A stretch of DNA of 58,520 bases from Clostridiales bacterium UBA7001 (GTDB taxonomy: Bacteria > Bacillota > Clostridia > TANB77 > CAG-508), in the NCBI GenBank assembly GCA_002449785.1, contig DJXP01000031.1, forward strand, positions 3,048 through 61,567, read 5' to 3'. Below are positions 41,996-52,344 of the stretch, piece by piece. The notes beneath the pieces were generated by a model that saw nothing but the letters and a program-made list of their open reading frames with translations, was not told the origin of the DNA and did no database searches. The position numbers and the translations under genes were made by a program. Positions within the stretch are counted from its first letter, which is position 1, and every line of letters starts with the position of its first letter.

Positions 41996-42577
41996 ATGAA
42001 GTTAGAAAATAAAAAAATTGGATTTGTTTTTACTGGTTCATTTTGTACATTTAATAAAGTGATTAATGAATTAATTAAGATTGCACAAATACCTAATGTT
42101 AAGATTATTCCTGTAATGAGTTTTAATAGTTATAATTTGGATACTAAATTTGGAACATCAGATAGCTTTAAAGAGAAAATTGAAAATATTACTAAAAATA
42201 AAATAATTCATACAATTCAAGATGCAGAACCAATAGGGCCAAAAAAATTAACTGATATATTGATTGTTGCACCATGTTCAGGAAACACTATTGCTAAACT
42301 TGCAAATGATATAATAGATACACCTGCTACAATGGCTGTAAAATCACATTTGAGAAATAATAATCCTGTTGTTATATTTCTTTCTACTAATAATGCATTA
42401 TCTGGTTCTGCTGAAAATATTGGGAAATTATTAAATAGGAAAAATTATTATTTTGTTCCGTTTAGACAAGATAATCCAATAACAAAACCAAATTCATTAG
42501 TATCAGATTCTTCTTATATTATTAAAACATTAGAAAATGCGCTAGAGCAAAAACAAATTCAACCATTATTATTATGA
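41996..42577 (+). CDS. dpaB: Dipicolinate synthase subunit B (SpoVFB)
   Basis: IGFVFTGSFCT, DTKFG, AEPIGPK, APCSGNTIAKLA, KSHLRN, YFVPFRQDNP..KPNSL, QIQP. Confidence 0.92.
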   Translation: MKLENKKIGFVFTGSFCTFNKVINELIKIAQIPNVKIIPVMSFNSYNLDTKFGTSDSFKEKIENITKNKIIHTIQDAEPIGPKKLTDILIVAPCSGNTIAKLANDIIDTPATMAVKSHLRNNNPVVIFLSTNNALSGSAENIGKLLNRKNYYFVPFRQDNPITKPNSLVSDSSYIIKTLENALEQKQIQPLLL

Positions 42578-42583
42578 ATATAA

Positions 42584-42623
42584 TTGACATCATATGCATA
42601 TTTAGATAAAATGTGCATATGAT
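42584..42623 (+). promoter_or_regulatory. Sigma-A promoter overlapped by a 15-bp inverted repeat
   Basis: TTGACA (42584), 17 bp, TAAAAT (42607); ATCATATGCATATTT / AAATGTGCATATGAT. Confidence 0.6.
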
Positions 42624-42645
42624 AATTATTTATTGAGGTGGATAA

Positions 42646-43368
42646 ATGGTAGTAAATCATAAGTTTTATATAGGATTAAGAGATATAAACTCAAAGTTAG
42701 AATTAACAAATACAGGTATATTAGCTTGTTTAGAAGATGTTGGATGTATGCATTCAGAAATAGCGGGATATGGATTATTTAATAGAGAAGTAACAAGGAA
42801 AACATGGTTACTTTTAAATTGGAAAGTAGAAGTTATAAAAAGACCATTATATAATGAAGTTATAAATGTTGAAACATGGTCTAGAGGCATGGATAGATAT
42901 TATGCATACAGAGATTTTAGGATAACTGATAAAGATAATAATATTATAATTAAAGGAACTTCAAAATGGATTTTAGTCGATATTGATAAAAGAAAACCTA
43001 TTAAAATTTCAGATGAGGTAGGAGATGCATATTTTCCTGAAAATAATTCTGTTTTTGAAGATAATACTATTGAAAAGATTAAAATTCCCAATGATTATAT
43101 TTCAGTAATTAATTATAAAATTACAAAAAATATGATTGATATAAATAATCATTTGCATAATATTTATTATATGGATATTGCAAAAGAAGCATTGCCGGAT
43201 GAATTAATTAATACGGAATTTAATAAATTTGAAATAATGTATAAAAATGAAATAAAAGATGGTGAAAATGTAAAAGCTTTTTATTCAAAATCGGATGATA
43301 TACATTATGTTGTAATTAAAAGTGAAGATGAATCAATTATACATTCAGCTATAAAATTCTACAATTAA
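42646..43368 (+). CDS. Acyl-ACP thioesterase
   Basis: Double hot-dog pattern: WLLLNW..RP, VETW, AYRDF, SKWILVD, IDINNHLHNIYY. Confidence 0.88.
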   Translation: MVVNHKFYIGLRDINSKLELTNTGILACLEDVGCMHSEIAGYGLFNREVTRKTWLLLNWKVEVIKRPLYNEVINVETWSRGMDRYYAYRDFRITDKDNNIIIKGTSKWILVDIDKRKPIKISDEVGDAYFPENNSVFEDNTIEKIKIPNDYISVINYKITKNMIDINNHLHNIYYMDIAKEALPDELINTEFNKFEIMYKNEIKDGENVKAFYSKSDDIHYVVIKSEDESIIHSAIKFYN

Positions 43369-43382
43369 AACAGGGAAAATAT

Positions 43383-44600
43383 ATGGAAAGACAAATATTA
43401 CATATTGATGTTAATAATGCATTTTTATCATGGACAGCTGTTTATAAATTAAAAAATGGATATCAAATTGATATTAGAAACATTCCTTCTATAATAGGTG
43501 GGGATGAAGAAAAAAGATCTGGTATTGTTTTAGCCAAAAGTACTATTGCCAAAAAATTCGGTATAATTACTGGTGAACCAATTTATTTTGCTAAAAAGAA
43601 ATGTAATAAATTAGAAATATTTCCGGTTAATTTTGAAGTATTTAAGCACTATTCAAATAAATTGTTTAATCTTATTTTAGAATATTCAAATGAAGTTGAG
43701 AGATTCAGTATTGATGAATGCTTTGTAGATTTAACAGATTATTTAAAAAATAGAAAACTAATAGATATTGCTTATGAAATTAATAAAAGAGTAAAAGATG
43801 AACTTGGATTTACAGTAAACATTGGAGTAGCTAATAATAAGTTATTAGCTAAAATGGCATCTGATTTCGAAAAACCAGATAAAGTTCATACTTTATTTAA
43901 AAGTGAAATTGAAACTAAGATGTGGCCTCTTCCTATTTCTGAACTATTTATGATTGGGAAAAAAACTGTTCCTAAATTAAATAATTTAGGAATTAAGACT
44001 ATTGGTGATTTAGCAAAATATGATAAAAATATATTAATAAAAAAATTAGGAAAGTTTGGTCTTATTATATGGAATTATGCTAATGGAATTGACAATAGTA
44101 TTGTTAATTCTAAAACATCGTTACCTAAAAGTATTAGTAATGAAGTAACACTACCTAATGATATAAAAGGAGTAGAGGAGATTAACAAAATTATAGTTGC
44201 ATTATCAGAACAGGTTTCTTTTAGATTAAGAAAACATAATTTAGTTGCAAATACTGTAGCTGTTGTACTAAAAACTAATAATTTTAATACTTTTACTCAT
44301 CAAAAATCCATTGAAGCTACTTCAAGCACAAAAGATATATTATTAAATGCTAAAAATGTATTGGAAGAAATGTATAAAGAAAATTATTCTATAAGACTTG
44401 TTGGTGTTAGAGTTGATAATTTAGAGAGTAAAGATATTGTTCAATTATCACTATTTAATAATAATCAAAAACAAGATAAAATTGATTATGTGTTAGACAA
44501 TTTAAAAAGTAAGTATGGATATAATTCAATAACTAGAGCAGGACAATTAGATATAAAATCAATTGTTGATGGAAAAGAAAAGAAAATGAAAGAAGGATAA
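43383..44600 (+). CDS. dinB: DNA polymerase IV (Y family)
   Basis: ILHIDVNNAF, RSGIV, FSIDE, NKLLAKMASDFEKPD, IRLVGV. Confidence 0.93.
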   Translation: MERQILHIDVNNAFLSWTAVYKLKNGYQIDIRNIPSIIGGDEEKRSGIVLAKSTIAKKFGIITGEPIYFAKKKCNKLEIFPVNFEVFKHYSNKLFNLILEYSNEVERFSIDECFVDLTDYLKNRKLIDIAYEINKRVKDELGFTVNIGVANNKLLAKMASDFEKPDKVHTLFKSEIETKMWPLPISELFMIGKKTVPKLNNLGIKTIGDLAKYDKNILIKKLGKFGLIIWNYANGIDNSIVNSKTSLPKSISNEVTLPNDIKGVEEINKIIVALSEQVSFRLRKHNLVANTVAVVLKTNNFNTFTHQKSIEATSSTKDILLNAKNVLEEMYKENYSIRLVGVRVDNLESKDIVQLSLFNNNQKQDKIDYVLDNLKSKYGYNSITRAGQLDIKSIVDGKEKKMKEG

Positions 44601-44619
44601 TTAGTATCCTTCTTATTTT
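44590..44619. terminator. Terminator-like hairpin between convergent dinB and the Xer recombinase gene
   Basis: AAGAAGGATA-ATTAG-TATCCTTCTT. Confidence 0.6.
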
Positions 44620-44626
44620 AGTTGTT

Positions 44627-45634
44627 TTAAATGTTAGCAAGAGGATTGCTTTCTACAGCATTTCTAATTTGTTCATTATCAACATGAGTATATATTTCAG
44701 TAGTTGATATACTTTCATGTCCTAGTAATTCTTGAAGAGCTCTAATATCAACATTTCCATATTTATACATAAGTGTAGCAGCAGTATGTCTTAATTTATG
44801 TACAGAGTATTTTTCAGCTTTTTCTATTCCTGCAATTTTTAATTCTTGTTTTACAACATATTGAACAGTTCTTCTACTAATCCTTTTTTTCTGTTCACTT
44901 AAAAATAGTGCATCTCTTGAGTTAAATTTTACTCCATCTACTGGTCTTACTTTTAAATACTCATTAATTGCTTTCATGCAAGCTTTATTTAAGTAAATTG
45001 TTCTTTCTTTATTTCCTTTACCTATAACATTTAATTTATTATTTTCAAAATCTATATCACTTATATTAATATTTACCAGTTCAGCTAGACGAACACCGCA
45101 GTTAAGTAAAATTGTTATCATAGCAAAATTCCTTTCAGAATTATCATGATTTCCGTGCCCAGAAGATATAGAAGAATTGCTAGCCGCTTCTAATAATTCT
45201 TTACTTTGATCCAATGTTAAATACTTAGGCAGTCTCTTATCTAATTTAGGATTTTCTAAGTCTTGAGCGGGATTTACAGGTATTTTTTTAGTTTTATTAC
45301 ACATAAAATGGAAAAAAACTCTAATTGTTGAGGCCTTTCTAGCTAATGTTGCTGGTTTACTTTGATAACATGTTTTTAAATATGCTAAAAATGCATGTAT
45401 ATCTTGAAGGGTTATTTTTTTTAATGTTTCTAAATCAAAATCAGATATATCAATGGTTTTTATAAATTCTTCATCATTTACGTCTGTAAGTTTATATTTA
45501 AATTTTATAAATTTTAAAAAATGTGCCATATCATAATTGTACTCTTTAACTGAGTTTTCAGATTTATTTAAAATTGTCGCACTATAATTTAAAAAATCAT
45601 TTAAAAACTCAGGATTTTTTTCAGGGTTAATCAT
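44627..45634 (-). CDS. xerC: XerC-family tyrosine recombinase
   Basis: GVRLAEL, GKGNKER, HKLRH, LLGH..ISTTEIYTHV; N-terminal SAM-like domain. Confidence 0.85.
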   Translation of the reverse strand: MINPEKNPEFLNDFLNYSATILNKSENSVKEYNYDMAHFLKFIKFKYKLTDVNDEEFIKTIDISDFDLETLKKITLQDIHAFLAYLKTCYQSKPATLARKASTIRVFFHFMCNKTKKIPVNPAQDLENPKLDKRLPKYLTLDQSKELLEAASNSSISSGHGNHDNSERNFAMITILLNCGVRLAELVNINISDIDFENNKLNVIGKGNKERTIYLNKACMKAINEYLKVRPVDGVKFNSRDALFLSEQKKRISRRTVQYVVKQELKIAGIEKAEKYSVHKLRHTAATLMYKYGNVDIRALQELLGHESISTTEIYTHVDNEQIRNAVESNPLANI

Positions 45635-45801
45635 TTTTTCCTCCAGATTGTATTTTTTATTTATTGCATTATATATTATAAAACTATTTATTTCAATATT
45701 AGTTAATATTTTAAATGGCTTAACTTATATAAAAATTATAATTTTATTGAATAATAGATTTCTATTTGATATGATAATAAAAAAATGAAAGTGAAGGATT
45801 T

Positions 45802-47070
45802 ATGAATAATAAAATTAGATTAATAATTATAATACTTTTTATAGGAACTATTTTTCTATTAATGCATTTTGTATTTTATAATAAGTATAAAATGCCAAAA
45901 GGTGCAGAAATAATAATATCAGATGAAAACTTAGAAGTATATTCAGAAAACATATATTTATATGATTTAATAAAATCATATAATGTAGAAATTTTAACTG
46001 AAAATTATCCTCTTCAATTAGATAATATTGGCAATACAACAGTAACAATATCATATAAATATAAAGGAATTAGAAAGTATTTATTTGATATTAACTATAA
46101 AGTTGTAGATAATACTAGTCCTATTTTTATTAAAGCACCAAGTAGTTCGAAAACTTTTTATGTATCTGAGGCGTCTGATAAAGATATTGATAAGATAATT
46201 GAAAAAACGACTTTTGGTGATAATTATGATATTAATCCTACTATAAAAAAAATAGGAACAGTTGATTTTTCAAAAATAGGAACTTACAAACTTACATTTG
46301 AAATATCTGACTCGTCTAATAATAAAAATTCTAAAGATATAGAAATTATAATTAAAGAAAGACCGAAAGAAGCTGACAATTCAAATTTAGATAAAACTAA
46401 AGAAGACAATATTGAAGAAGAGGATGAAAATACTATTATATTTGAAGAGCATATAAAAAGTTACAAAAATAATAATACTATGGTAGGAATAGATGTTTCT
46501 AAATGGCAAGGAGAAATCGACTTTCAAAAAGTAAAAGATGCTGGTTGCGAATTTGTAATTATTAGATTAGGTGTAATGAAAGATAAAAACTCGGAACTTG
46601 TAAAAGATTCTACATTTGATATTAATTATAAAAATGCTAAACTTGCAGGCTTGAAAATAGGTATTTATGTATATTCAGAAGCTAATAATGTACAAACAGC
46701 AATTTCAAATGCTGAATTTGTTATTAATGAACTTAATGGTGATATACTTGATTTTCCAGTAGTATTTGATTGGGAAAGTTGGACATATTTTAATAGTATG
46801 GAAATGAATTTACATATGTTAAATGAAATGTATGATGCTTTTTCCAACAAATTAAATGAAGCAGGTTATAATACGATGCTATATGCTAGTGAATATTATT
46901 TAAATAATGTATGGCTTAACTTAAAAGATTATAAAATTTGGGTTGCAAAGTATTCTAATAAATCTCCTGAATTAATAAATAGTAAGAATTTTGAATTATG
47001 GCAAAACTCTTGTAATGGTAAAATTAATGGTATTAAATCAGATGTTGACTTCGATATATTTTATAAATAA
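45802..47070 (+). CDS. GH25 muramidase with an N-terminal anchor and Ig-like domain
   Basis: GIDVSKWQG.IDF.KVK, IGIYVYS, PVVFDWE, WVAKY, WQ..G.INGI..DVD. Confidence 0.88.
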   Translation: MNNKIRLIIIILFIGTIFLLMHFVFYNKYKMPKGAEIIISDENLEVYSENIYLYDLIKSYNVEILTENYPLQLDNIGNTTVTISYKYKGIRKYLFDINYKVVDNTSPIFIKAPSSSKTFYVSEASDKDIDKIIEKTTFGDNYDINPTIKKIGTVDFSKIGTYKLTFEISDSSNNKNSKDIEIIIKERPKEADNSNLDKTKEDNIEEEDENTIIFEEHIKSYKNNNTMVGIDVSKWQGEIDFQKVKDAGCEFVIIRLGVMKDKNSELVKDSTFDINYKNAKLAGLKIGIYVYSEANNVQTAISNAEFVINELNGDILDFPVVFDWESWTYFNSMEMNLHMLNEMYDAFSNKLNEAGYNTMLYASEYYLNNVWLNLKDYKIWVAKYSNKSPELINSKNFELWQNSCNGKINGIKSDVDFDIFYK

Positions 47071-47175
47071 ATAAAAATACTTAAAATAAATTGTTAACAA
47101 TAATGGTAAAGTTGCAAAATTATGTAAAGTGTGGTATAATAAAAGATGAAGTGAGAGATAAAGGAGAATATTGAT

Positions 47176-48510
47176 ATGAAAAAAATTATTTTTAATAATA
47201 AAGCAATTGTTTTTTTGATTATCTTTTTTCTTATAATTTCTTTTAAGAATGCTAGCCATGCTTTAACATTAGAAGATTTAGCAGAAAAATATAAAGAAAA
47301 TGCTGGACCTCTAATAAATCCAGGATTCAATTTTCAAAATATGGTTAGCGTCAGATTAACCGTAGATAATAAAATTAATAATACTAATGATGGGCCTTAT
47401 CATGGTATTAAAGAAAATGACCCTAATGCAGAAGATCCAAATGCAGAGAATCCTAATGCAGAAGATCCAAATGCTCAAAATGCGATGTTAACAGAACAAG
47501 CAAGACAAAATGCTATTGTAAATCATAGAAGATTTAAATTACATAGATTTAAAATCTGGGGTGGACAAGACGGTGGACAAACAGAATTTCGTATATGTGC
47601 CGTTGTCGGAAAGATTCAAGTTGTAGATTATGCAACAGATGGAAAAATAGAAATTATGAGTAATCGTATGGAATCTGATGTTTTATTAGTTAGAACCAAA
47701 GGTTTCGGTAAAGTATATGTCACAGCATATTATTATGACGATTTTACAGCACAATGGTATAAAGATTCTACAGAATGTATAGTTCAAGTTGTATCTCCTT
47801 TATTTCCTGGTAATGTGCCTAGTAATCCAGACAATGGTTATTATGAATTAGGAGGATTAGATAGAAACTATAGATTAAATCTTGATATTGGACAAACTAA
47901 AACTTGTAATGTTATTATAAAAGATAATAGAGGAATAACTTTAGGTAATTTGCAAGACTTTACTGTGTATAATATTGAATATGATAGTGATTATATTTCT
48001 GTTAAACAAGATGGAACCTCATTTAATATAACTGGCTTAAAGGAAGGAAGCTCATATTTATATATACAATTTCAAGCTAAAGACTTTTTTGGAAATTATA
48101 AAAGATATTATGGAGTTTGGGCTAATGTTGAAGTTTATGAACATTACTCACCACCATTTACTCCTGGACAAAATGATCCAAGTAATCTTGAAGGAGATAA
48201 AGAAATTCCTGAAGAAATTAAATTCGAATTTTCTAGTTATTCAATTAAACAAGGTGATTCTATTACTTTAAAACTATTTAAGAAAGTAGATGGAGAATTC
48301 GTTGAAGTTACAGATATAGATAATTATCGTTTCGAATCTAGTAATACTGATGTAGCTTATTTCTTGACTCAACATTCTGCTTATTTGAAAACTTCTGAAT
48401 CAGGTCAAGTTACAATTACTGTATCTAGATCGTTTGCAAAAGACAACATCAATATAGATAAAACTCTAACTGCTTCTGCTAGTGTTTATGTAAGTAGACA
48501 ATTCAAATAA
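47176..48510 (+). CDS. Secreted protein with DPNAE repeats and Ig-like domains
   Basis: Signal peptide (..ASHA|), short repeats, C-terminal FESSNTDVA..GQVTITV (BIG2-like). Confidence 0.6.
   Translation: MKKIIFNNKAIVFLIIFFLIISFKNASHALTLEDLAEKYKENAGPLINPGFNFQNMVSVRLTVDNKINNTNDGPYHGIKENDPNAEDPNAENPNAEDPNAQNAMLTEQARQNAIVNHRRFKLHRFKIWGGQDGGQTEFRICAVVGKIQVVDYATDGKIEIMSNRMESDVLLVRTKGFGKVYVTAYYYDDFTAQWYKDSTECIVQVVSPLFPGNVPSNPDNGYYELGGLDRNYRLNLDIGQTKTCNVIIKDNRGITLGNLQDFTVYNIEYDSDYISVKQDGTSFNITGLKEGSSYLYIQFQAKDFFGNYKRYYGVWANVEVYEHYSPPFTPGQNDPSNLEGDKEIPEEIKFEFSSYSIKQGDSITLKLFKKVDGEFVEVTDIDNYRFESSNTDVAYFLTQHSAYLKTSESGQVTITVSRSFAKDNINIDKTLTASASVYVSRQFK
47416..47475 (+). repeat. Four 15-bp coding tandem repeats
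   Basis: Encodes NDPNA EDPNA ENPNA EDPNA. Confidence 0.8.
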
Positions 48511-48532
48511 ATTTAATAATACTAAATATATG

Positions 48533-48567
48533 AAAACTAACTATTTGTTTAAATAGTTAGTTTTTTT
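48533..48567 (+). terminator. Intrinsic terminator
   Basis: AAAACTAACTATTT-GTTT-AAATAGTTAGTTTTTTT. Confidence 0.8.
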
Positions 48568-48624
48568 AATTGAAATATTATAATTATATTGATATAATAA
48601 TATAAATTATAAAGAGCTGATATA

Positions 48625-49722
48625 ATGGAAAAAAAATTAGGATTTGGATGTATGAGACTTCCAATGAAAAATGGAGATGTCGATTATGATGAATTTAATA
48701 AAATGATTGATTATTATATTGACCAAGGATTTAATTATTTTGATACAGCACATGGATATTTAGGTGGAAAAAGTGAAATTGCAATTAGAGAGTGTTTATC
48801 CAAAAGATATCCAAGAGAAAGTTTTATTTTAACAAATAAACTTACTAAACCTTATTTTAATACTCAAGAAGAAATTAAAGTATTTTTTGAACAACAGCTA
48901 GAGTGGTGTGGAGTAGAGTATTTTGATTATTATTTAATGCATGCTCAAGATAGAAATACATATCCCCATTTTCAAAAAACAAATGCTTATGAAGAATGCC
49001 TAAAACTAAAAAAAGAAGGAAAAATTAAACATTTAGGAATATCTTTTCATGATAGTAGCCAAATGCTAGAACAAATACTAACTGAGCACCCTGAGGTTGA
49101 AATTGTACAAATACAATTTAATTATGCTGATTATGAATCTTCAAGTGTTCAATCACGAAAGGTTTATGAAGTTTGCAGAAAATTTAATAAACCAATTCTT
49201 GTTATGGAACCTGTAAAAGGTGGTGGATTAGTTAATCTTCCAGAAGATGGAAAAAAATTAATAGATGATTTAAATGGAAGTTTAAGCTATGCAAGTTATG
49301 CAATAAGATTTGCAGCAAGCTTTGATGGTATGTATAAAGTCTTGTCTGGTATGAGTAGTTTTGAACAATTAAAAGATAATGTAGATTATATGAAAGATTT
49401 TAAACCACTTAATGATAACGAAATGAAAGCTGTATTAGAAATTGGAGAAATATTAAGAAATATTGGTGGAATACCTTGTACAGCATGTAGATATTGCATA
49501 GAAGGTTGCCCGATGAAAATATTAATTCCAGATCTCTTTTCTTGTTTAAATAGTAAAAAACAGTTTAAAGACTGGAATGCTGGTTATTATTATAATGTGT
49601 ATACTACAAACGGACATGGAAAAGCATCTGATTGTATTAAATGCGGTAAATGTGAAAAAATATGTCCACAACATTTAGAAATTAGAGAGTTATTAACAAA
49701 AGTTTCAGAAGCTTTTGAATAA
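48625..49722 (+). CDS. Aldo/keto reductase with a C-terminal 4Fe-4S dicluster
   Basis: LGFGCMRLP, YFDTAHGY, GISFHD, MEPVKGG, CTACRYC..CP, CIKCGKCEKICPQ. Confidence 0.92.
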   Translation: MEKKLGFGCMRLPMKNGDVDYDEFNKMIDYYIDQGFNYFDTAHGYLGGKSEIAIRECLSKRYPRESFILTNKLTKPYFNTQEEIKVFFEQQLEWCGVEYFDYYLMHAQDRNTYPHFQKTNAYEECLKLKKEGKIKHLGISFHDSSQMLEQILTEHPEVEIVQIQFNYADYESSSVQSRKVYEVCRKFNKPILVMEPVKGGGLVNLPEDGKKLIDDLNGSLSYASYAIRFAASFDGMYKVLSGMSSFEQLKDNVDYMKDFKPLNDNEMKAVLEIGEILRNIGGIPCTACRYCIEGCPMKILIPDLFSCLNSKKQFKDWNAGYYYNVYTTNGHGKASDCIKCGKCEKICPQHLEIRELLTKVSEAFE

Positions 49723-49741
49723 ATAAAGGAGGAAAAGAAAA

Positions 49742-50305
49742 ATGATAGAAAAAACTGATACTATGAAAAAATCAAATTTTGAAGAGGTATTTACAAACAA
49801 AAAATCTAAATATGTAATAGGAACAATTTTATTTAGTGGATTAGGTATAGCTATTCCAAGAATCTTCCATTTATTAATTGGAAGTTCTGCTGGTGTAACC
49901 TTCTTACCAATGCACTTAATGGTATTGATTTCAGCTCTTACTTTTGGAATGCTATCAGCAAGTATTGTTGCAGGAAGTTCAGTAGTTTTTAGTTATTTAT
50001 TAACAGGTATGCCTGCACTACAAAGAATGCCATATATGCTAATAGAACTTGTTATTTATGGATTATTATTGGGATTCTTAAATAAAAAATATAATTCTTA
50101 TATATCTTTAATAGCAACAATGATTATTGGTAGACTAATATATGCAGGAGTATTATTTGTATCTGTTAATTTATTTGGATTTAATGGTTATGGGATATCT
50201 GTACTACAAAGCGTAGTTTCAGGAATACCAGGTATTGTTTTACAAATATTTTTAGTACCATTTTTAGCTATGATAATAAAGAAAGGAATAAAGTTAGATG
50301 ACTAA
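49742..50305 (+). CDS. ECF transporter S component
   Basis: IPRIFH, FLPMH, LTGMP, MLIEL, GIPGIVLQ; hydrophobic throughout. Confidence 0.8.
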   Translation: MIEKTDTMKKSNFEEVFTNKKSKYVIGTILFSGLGIAIPRIFHLLIGSSAGVTFLPMHLMVLISALTFGMLSASIVAGSSVVFSYLLTGMPALQRMPYMLIELVIYGLLLGFLNKKYNSYISLIATMIIGRLIYAGVLFVSVNLFGFNGYGISVLQSVVSGIPGIVLQIFLVPFLAMIIKKGIKLDD

Positions 50306-50705
50306 GCTAGATGAAGTAAAAGATATATTATATTCAAAAAATGCATCTTTAGTAGTATACTATTCTAATGGAGTGATTAAAGAATACTATCAAGACAGAG
50401 TAAAAGATATTAAAGAAATATTACATGAAAATGAAAAAGCTCTTAAAGGTGCCATAATAGCTGATAAAGTAATTGGCAAACTTGCAGGAAGCTTACTTGC
50501 AATATCTGGTGTAAAACAAATATATGCAGATGTTATAAGTGAATATGCAATTCCAATTTTAAAGGAATATAATATAGAATTTAACTACAAAACAAAAGTT
50601 CCTTTTATTATTAATAAAGATAATACCGGAATGTGTCCAATGGAAAATAAATATAAAGATGAAAAAGACATAAAAAAGATATATTGGGATATAATAAAAA
50701 AATAA
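50298..50705 (+). CDS. DUF1893 (TM1506-like) protein
   Basis: GAIIADKVIGK, YADVISEYA, VPFIINKDNTGMCPME. Confidence 0.85.
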   Translation: MTKLDEVKDILYSKNASLVVYYSNGVIKEYYQDRVKDIKEILHENEKALKGAIIADKVIGKLAGSLLAISGVKQIYADVISEYAIPILKEYNIEFNYKTKVPFIINKDNTGMCPMENKYKDEKDIKKIYWDIIKK

Positions 50706-50753
50706 TTAAAATAAATAAAAAAGTTTTATTGTGTTTGAAAGGAGATATTAATT

Positions 50754-51311
50754 ATGAAAAAAGAACTAAAAATTGCTCCTGGTATTTTTCCAATGCCAGT
50801 ATTAATGATTGCAACATATAATGAAGATGGGACTGTAGATGTTATGAATGCAGCATGGGGAATGGCTCAAAGTATGAATCATTTGAAATTATGTTTAACA
50901 GAATCTCATAAAACAGTTAAAAATATGAAAAAGACTATGGCTTGTACAATATCATTAGCAACGAAAGATTTAATGATCGAATCAGATTATTTTGGAATAG
51001 TTTCCGCTAATAATGTAAGTGATAAATTCGAAAAGTCAGGTTTGCATAGTATAAAATCTGATAAAGTTGATGCACCTATTATAGAAGAATATCCAATTTG
51101 TATGGAATGTAAGGTATTAGGATTTGAAGATGATGGAACACTAGTAGAAGTTGTAAGTGTCAAAGCTGAAGATAAATATTTAAATTCTGATGGTTCTATT
51201 AATTTAAGCGAAATTGGTATTATCTCATATGATCCATATAATCATGGATATTATATTATTGGTAATAAAGTCGGAAATGCTTTTCAAGAAGGGAAAAAAT
51301 TGCTTAGTTAA
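50754..51311 (+). CDS. Flavin reductase-like (flavoredoxin) protein
   Basis: PMPVLMIATYNEDG..MNAAWG, HKT, DYFGIVS, VDAPIIEEYP. Confidence 0.88.
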   Translation: MKKELKIAPGIFPMPVLMIATYNEDGTVDVMNAAWGMAQSMNHLKLCLTESHKTVKNMKKTMACTISLATKDLMIESDYFGIVSANNVSDKFEKSGLHSIKSDKVDAPIIEEYPICMECKVLGFEDDGTLVEVVSVKAEDKYLNSDGSINLSEIGIISYDPYNHGYYIIGNKVGNAFQEGKKLLS

Positions 51312-51369
51312 AATATAAATTTATTGAAGATTGTATATGTTAACAAATGATTTTTATGGAGAAATAATT

Positions 51370-52275
51370 ATGAATAGAGAAGAATGTAAAACTATATTAT
51401 TAAATTCAGGTATGGATCCGGAGTTATTAAAAAAACCAGCTATATTTGAAAAATGTTTGGAAGAATATTCTGATAAAGATGCAAGTGGTCATTTTTCAAT
51501 CATTTTTGACGTAAATAATGGCACTTATACTGTAGGTAAAAAAAGGTCTGATGGATGGTCTAGAAAAGTTGATATTATATCGGGTGGTCAAACTTACAGT
51601 GGAAAATATATAGAAGCATCAGATTTTGGCGACTTTACGAGTGTAGAATATAGTACTAATTTAACTGAAAATGGGTTAATAAAAGATATAAATGTTTTTA
51701 GGGATTCTACTGGACCGTTAGATGGAGGATTAGGAAGCTCCGAAAAACTACTTTCAAAAAATAATATGCTAGGAGAATATGTTGATTTTGGTTTCATTAG
51801 CTATAGAGACTTTTTACGCAATAGTATAGCCTTAACAAGTAGTTATATTAAAAAAAGACATACTGTAGAAGATTTAATGACATCTTATGATGAGCATCAT
51901 AGAAAAGTAGTTGAAATTTATCCTGATCTTGATGAATACTATAAATCTAAAAGAACTTCTGTTGCAAAATCTGCCATAGTATATTCTGCTATACATGGTA
52001 ATCAATCACTTCTTGATGTTTCTCAGTCAGATTATGATACATATGGATTTACAGATACTGAGAAAGAATTAATAGAGCAACTTAAAGAAGAAAGTAGCAT
52101 TCGTAAAGCAAATGAAGAACAAATTTCTGCTCTTCAAGGTATGCTACGAACAGCTATGAGATTTGCTGAAAGCGTGAGAGTACATCCAATCGGTAAACTA
52201 TTTTTTAAAGATGATATTCCTAATTTAGAAATTCCTCATCATAATTATGATGATAACGATGGTCATTGTTATTAA
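51370..52275 (+). CDS. Hypothetical protein
   Basis: Long ORF; ATG 51370 follows GGAG; no family recognised. Confidence 0.6.
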   Translation: MNREECKTILLNSGMDPELLKKPAIFEKCLEEYSDKDASGHFSIIFDVNNGTYTVGKKRSDGWSRKVDIISGGQTYSGKYIEASDFGDFTSVEYSTNLTENGLIKDINVFRDSTGPLDGGLGSSEKLLSKNNMLGEYVDFGFISYRDFLRNSIALTSSYIKKRHTVEDLMTSYDEHHRKVVEIYPDLDEYYKSKRTSVAKSAIVYSAIHGNQSLLDVSQSDYDTYGFTDTEKELIEQLKEESSIRKANEEQISALQGMLRTAMRFAESVRVHPIGKLFFKDDIPNLEIPHHNYDDNDGHCY

Positions 52276-52285
52276 TAAAATATAG

Positions 52286-52311
52286 GCTGGGCAAAAAACG
52301 TCCAGCTTTTT
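52286..52311 (+). terminator. Intrinsic terminator
   Basis: GCTGGGC-loop-GTCCAGC-TTTTT. Confidence 0.7.
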
Positions 52312-52344
52312 AATAGTAGAATAATAAATAGGAGTATTTATCGA

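Noticed and set aside
44627..45634. Tyrosine recombinase as a prophage or ICE integrase
   Set aside because: It looks like a chromosomal Xer protein; I saw no att repeats, tRNA or mobile genes adjacent.
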